Origin: Bacteroidales bacterium
Lineage (GTDB): Bacteria > Bacteroidota > Bacteroidia > Bacteroidales > G3-4614
Direction of reading: 5' to 3'
Assembly: GCA_036656055.1 (NCBI GenBank)
Contig: JAVVOY010000003.1
Span: forward strand, 27,754-91,753
DNA: 64,000 bases
Below are positions 60,232-64,000 of the stretch, in pieces (position 1 is the stretch's first letter; the number at the start of each line of letters is the position of its first letter). Position numbers and translations under genes: made by a program. The notes under the pieces were generated by a model. The model was not told the DNA's origin and did not search any database. It worked only from the letters and a program-made list of their open reading frames with translations.

Positions 60232-62277
60232 ATGGCAGATAATACCGTAAATTTTACATTAAATCTCAATGGCAATGCTTATAATGGGATATTACAACTC
60301 GATGATGCTGTAAAAAAGGTCGTAGAAAGCGTTGGAGATGCTTCGTCGGGATTTAAAAAAATGGCGACTTATGCTCTTCGTTTTGATGTAATTACTAATA
60401 TGCTTGACAAAGTCTCGCAAGGGATTAACTCAACCATACAGCCTGGTATTGCACTCAACGCCTCATTGCAAGACCTAAGCGCTATAACGGGTGTTACGGG
60501 TAACGGGCTCAAAGAGATAGAGGGATATGCGAGACAAACGGCAAAGACGTTTGGTGTAGATGCGGCACAGGCTGTTGATAGCTACAAATTGGTCTTGTCG
60601 CAGTTGTCGCCGGAGATAGCTAAAGCCCCGGCGGCCTTGCAAGCCATGGGTAAGCATATCGCTACGCTTAGTAAAACCATGGGGGGCGATACTGCGGCGG
60701 CCACAGAAGTGCTTACCACCGCCATGAACCAATTCCAGATATCAACCACCGACCCCATTAAAGCTGCCGATACAATGGCGGAGATGATGAACGTTATGGC
60801 GGCAGCTGCCAAAGAGGGGGCTGCCGAGTTGCCACAGATTAAACAGGCGTTGGAACAGGCCGGTATGGCAGCCAAAGGTGCTGGTGTCTCTTTTGAGGAG
60901 GCCAACGCAGCGATACAGGTATTGGATAAGGCAGGCAAGAAGGGGGCAGAGGGCGGTGTGGCTTTGCGTAATGTTATGAATATCCTCTCTCGCGGTAGAT
61001 TTTTGCCGAAAGATGTACAAGATGAGCTGCAAGCTGCCGGCGTAGATATTAACAGCCTAACAGATAAAAGCAAAAAGTTGTCGGATAGGCTGCGGCCTCT
61101 ACAAACGGTTTTGGGCGATTCGGCATTGTTGTCCAAACTATTCGGGATGGAAAATACCAACGCTGCTATGGCATTGATATCGGGCATTGATGAAGTGGAT
61201 CGCTACACCGAAGCAATAACAGGTAGTAACACTGCCGTAGAGCAAGCCGCAACCGTAATGGAGAGTTACGCCGAACGCCAGGCGAGGGTGAAGGCGAGGT
61301 TTGACGACTTAAAGATTTCAATTTTTAACCTTATCGGAGATTTCGGCATTTGGACCGAGGTAATAGCCGGGGCGTTAATACCGTTAGCTCAGCTCTCACC
61401 TATATTTATAGCCGTAGGTAAATTGATAAAATTGTGTACAATCCATTGGTCCGGGTTTGTGGCCGCCATACGTAGCGGTATAGCTAAAGTAGTGGCGAGA
61501 TTAGTAGCACTAAAGATTTCTGTCGCCGCCGCCGGAGGTTTGTTCGGGTGGCTTAAGATAACAGCAATAGCAGCCTGTCGCTCCATATCGGTAGCCATAG
61601 GCAGCATACCTATCGTGGGTTGGATAGCGGTAGCTATTACTGCTTTAGGGTCGTTGGTGGCATATCTCTACACTAAATTTGAGGGTATAAAGGGGTGGTT
61701 AGACGGTGTAGGATCTGCGATAGTTATGCTTACCGGACCGCTTGGCATAATAATAAATATCGTTACAAGTTTTGCAAAGCATTGGGAGAGTATAAAAACG
61801 GCTTTTACTGACGGCGGTATTTTGGCAGGGATAAAGCGTATCGGATATGTACTTATAGATGCCTTTCTTAAACCTATTCAGGCATTTTTAGAACTATTGG
61901 CAAAGATACCCGGTATGGGCAAAATTGTTGCAAAGCCGACACAATATGTGGCTAAACTGCGTGAGAGTCTCGACAAAGCTACGACCGTAGACAAAAAAGG
62001 GGTAGATACAACTGCTGCGACATCTGTCCTCGGTAATGGCAAAAAAGATAAAGAGACACAAATGCTCGGTAATGGCAAAAAAGACTTAAGCGGCGGCTCT
62101 TTGGGTGGTGTTGCCGGCAGCGGAGCAGGAAAAGTACAGACGATAAACATCACCCTTAAAAGCATGGTGGAGACAATTAATTTCAACGGTGGTTTGCGCG
62201 AAAATACTCGCGAAGTGGAGGCTGTCCTCAGCGAGCAGATGGCGCGCATATTGGGTATGGCGTCTACAAGCGCATAA
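60232..62277 (+). CDS. tail tape measure protein
   Basis: 681 aa, Ala/Gly-rich and helical, with central hydrophobic segments. Position is after the chaperone pair. Confidence 0.8.
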   Translation: MADNTVNFTLNLNGNAYNGILQLDDAVKKVVESVGDASSGFKKMATYALRFDVITNMLDKVSQGINSTIQPGIALNASLQDLSAITGVTGNGLKEIEGYARQTAKTFGVDAAQAVDSYKLVLSQLSPEIAKAPAALQAMGKHIATLSKTMGGDTAAATEVLTTAMNQFQISTTDPIKAADTMAEMMNVMAAAAKEGAAELPQIKQALEQAGMAAKGAGVSFEEANAAIQVLDKAGKKGAEGGVALRNVMNILSRGRFLPKDVQDELQAAGVDINSLTDKSKKLSDRLRPLQTVLGDSALLSKLFGMENTNAAMALISGIDEVDRYTEAITGSNTAVEQAATVMESYAERQARVKARFDDLKISIFNLIGDFGIWTEVIAGALIPLAQLSPIFIAVGKLIKLCTIHWSGFVAAIRSGIAKVVARLVALKISVAAAGGLFGWLKITAIAACRSISVAIGSIPIVGWIAVAITALGSLVAYLYTKFEGIKGWLDGVGSAIVMLTGPLGIIINIVTSFAKHWESIKTAFTDGGILAGIKRIGYVLIDAFLKPIQAFLELLAKIPGMGKIVAKPTQYVAKLRESLDKATTVDKKGVDTTAATSVLGNGKKDKETQMLGNGKKDLSGGSLGGVAGSGAGKVQTINITLKSMVETINFNGGLRENTREVEAVLSEQMARILGMASTSA

Positions 62278-62298
62278 ATATAAAGGAGAGATAGAGAT

Positions 62299-62934
62299 AT
62301 GATTAATTTACGATTGATGCCGGCAACGATAGCCACGGCTGGAAAATATTTTATTTCTGCTTTGCGTGTGGAGCGTTTGCCACCTAACCGTTCGGGGTCT
62401 GAGGACGAGGCCGAGCTTTTATCTCAGCAGAACGCCGAGATGCCTTACCCTCTTGTGTCGGGTAACGACCTATATGGTCGCAGTCTGATAGTGCCGCTCT
62501 ATTTGCGTAGTACGAGCGACGAGATCTATTTTCCTGAAGCGGTGGTAAGCGTCAGTCGTGCCCGAAACATAGTGACTACTCCGGTGCTTAACGGCCGCGG
62601 AACAGTAAAGGAATTAATAACTGATGGAGATATAGAGCTATCGTTATCGTTGGCCGTGGTGAGTACTGCCGACGACGGTAGTTACGATGCTCCGGCTGCC
62701 TCGGCTGCCGATGTTTACCCGTATAAGGGGGTAGAACGCTTGCGTAAGCTATTGGATACCCCGGAGCGGTTGGATGTGGTGAGCGATTTTTTGGCTCTAT
62801 TTGACCTCGACGGCGGGGATTTTGGAATTGTAATTAAAAACTATAAGGTACAACAGGATACACACCTCAACCGTCAGGTTTTTGAGGTTGAAGCCTTGAG
62901 TGATTATGATTATGACCTTTTAATTAAAGATTAG
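62299..62934 (+). CDS. tail/baseplate-associated protein (unknown family)
   Basis: 211 aa, directly after the tape measure gene. Confidence 0.4.
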   Translation: MINLRLMPATIATAGKYFISALRVERLPPNRSGSEDEAELLSQQNAEMPYPLVSGNDLYGRSLIVPLYLRSTSDEIYFPEAVVSVSRARNIVTTPVLNGRGTVKELITDGDIELSLSLAVVSTADDGSYDAPAASAADVYPYKGVERLRKLLDTPERLDVVSDFLALFDLDGGDFGIVIKNYKVQQDTHLNRQVFEVEALSDYDYDLLIKD

Positions 62935-62935
62935 G

Positions 62936-63886
62936 ATGTATAGTCTTGTTTGGCATATAACTATCGGGGAATATAGACTTAAAACTCTTAAGTCGGTAAA
63001 GATATCTGCATCGGTACTCAACTTGAGTGACACGGCAAGGATAGAGTTGCCTGCGCAATACTTAAACACGTGGCAAAAGATAGAGGATAAGATAAAGACC
63101 GGAGACGAGGTATGTATAGATCTTGGATATGGTAACAGCGTTAAAACTGAGTTTAAAGGGTTTTTAAAACGCATCTCACGCGACAATAATACTCTTGTAT
63201 TGGAGTGCGAAGATGCTCTATATTTACTTAATGTTGCAGTCGCAGACAAAGAATACAAAGAGGTAACGCTTAATAGTCTTATAGGTGATATACTCTCGCA
63301 AGTGGATGGTACGCTGATAGTGGTGTGCGACTATAACTACATATTTAAAAAATTTGTCGTCTTCCATCAAACGGCCCTCGACATCATTAAAAAAATACAC
63401 GAAGAGACAAAGGCTAATATCTGGTTCGAAGACAAGACACTACATATACATCCTGTGTATACCGAAAAGCGCGACGAAGAGGCTATTATATTTGATACAG
63501 CAGTTAATGTTCTGAGCAACGCCCTTAAATGGGTTACCGCAGGCGACAAAAAAGTGCAGATAGAAGTAGTCCTCAAACAGGCGGATGGTGCGATAAAGAA
63601 AAAGGCCTACGGTGATACCGGAGGCTCTAAAGTAACGAAAATAATTAACGGTAGCAGCGAAACCGATATGCAAACTGCTGCCGAAAATGAATATAACTTA
63701 TGGAACTACGATGGCTTTGAGGGTAACTTCACGGCTTGGCTTATTCCGAGAGTGATAGCAGGCACAAGTGTGCGCCTGCGCGACACAGGGAAGCCCGAGG
63801 GGAAATACTATGTTACAGGCATAGATATAGAGTTCGGGAGTTCCGGCGCAAAGCGTAAAATAACGTTGGGGCGAAAGTTGTCTTGA
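62936..63886 (+). CDS. baseplate hub / late control D-like (gpD, Mu gp44, XkdQ-like) protein
   Basis: 316 aa. Position and size fit the hub protein that follows the tape measure region in contractile-tail phages. Weak sequence recollection only. Confidence 0.4.
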   Translation: MYSLVWHITIGEYRLKTLKSVKISASVLNLSDTARIELPAQYLNTWQKIEDKIKTGDEVCIDLGYGNSVKTEFKGFLKRISRDNNTLVLECEDALYLLNVAVADKEYKEVTLNSLIGDILSQVDGTLIVVCDYNYIFKKFVVFHQTALDIIKKIHEETKANIWFEDKTLHIHPVYTEKRDEEAIIFDTAVNVLSNALKWVTAGDKKVQIEVVLKQADGAIKKKAYGDTGGSKVTKIINGSSETDMQTAAENEYNLWNYDGFEGNFTAWLIPRVIAGTSVRLRDTGKPEGKYYVTGIDIEFGSSGAKRKITLGRKLS

Positions 63887-63922
63887 CAACGGAGGGTTGC
63901 AATAGGCGGTAAGACAGGGAAA

Positions 63923-64000
63923 GGCATCGACGAACTGAATAGTGAAGTCCTCGAAAGAGTCGACAAACTGAATAGTGAAGTCTTCGAAGGCATCGACGAA
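63923..64000 (+). repeat. 33-nt tandem repeats (2.4 units, cut by window end) encoding (G/R)(I/V)D(E/K)LNSEV(L/F)E
   Basis: Units at 63923-63955 and 63956-63988, with a third starting at 63989. Only one plus-strand frame is open. Confidence 0.8.

Larger units (their letters stand above)
40715..64000 (+). mobile_element. Mu-like transposable prophage, left ~23 kb (right end outside window)
   Basis: An abrupt switch from housekeeping genes to repressor/Ner/transposase/MuB-like early genes followed by a full head and contractile-tail module. The left boundary is only approximate (+/- ~100 bp), placed at the first TG after the POT gene stop codon. Confidence 0.85.

Overview
The window reads as a Bacteroidales (Bacteroidota) chromosome segment, judged from T9SS C-terminal sorting domains, DUF3098/DUF3467-type genes, an XrtF-like exosortase and TAnnTTTG -7 promoter boxes. 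The first ~40.7 kb is ordinary core genome: a cysS fragment, an NfnAB-like pair, metK, a CPA2 antiporter, a T9SS-sorted S1-type protease, gyrB, ade, two nagB paralogs, nadB, a folK-queA-truB-uppP-ftsX block, sdhCAB, asd, and a peptidase/peptide-uptake cluster ending in a POT transporter. From ~40.7 kb to the window end lies the left ~23 kb of a Mu-like transposable prophage. Its early region holds an S24 CI-type repressor, a Ner-like HTH, a 695-aa DDE transposase followed directly by a MuB-like AAA+ ATPase, and GemA-like and DUF3164-like genes. A TerS/TerL/portal/MuF/gpG block is transcribed leftward. Protease-scaffold, capsid, sheath, tube, G/GT chaperone, tape measure and the first baseplate genes are transcribed rightward. 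The right end is outside the window and no integrase is visible. The signals most worth a second look in the prophage are: (1) a tRNA-like T-arm/acceptor minihelix in the 177-bp leader of the transposase gene; (2) direct and phased repeats at the presumed left end; (3) a 640-bp ORF-poor, tandem-repeat-rich stretch with back-to-back promoter boxes; (4) a 20-bp perfect palindrome operator; (5) a MuF protein with a 235-aa C-terminal extension; (6) an in-phase A_AAA_AAC -1 frameshift site in the tail chaperone gene; (7) an antisense 54-codon membrane ORF inside the tail module. In the host part, the signals are a SAM-II-like leader before metK, two long perfect palindromes with a compensatory change after metK, and a C26-M19 peptidase fusion. 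No rRNA, canonical tRNA or CRISPR array was seen. All protein calls come from motif and family recognition by eye; no database search, folding or composition calculation was run.
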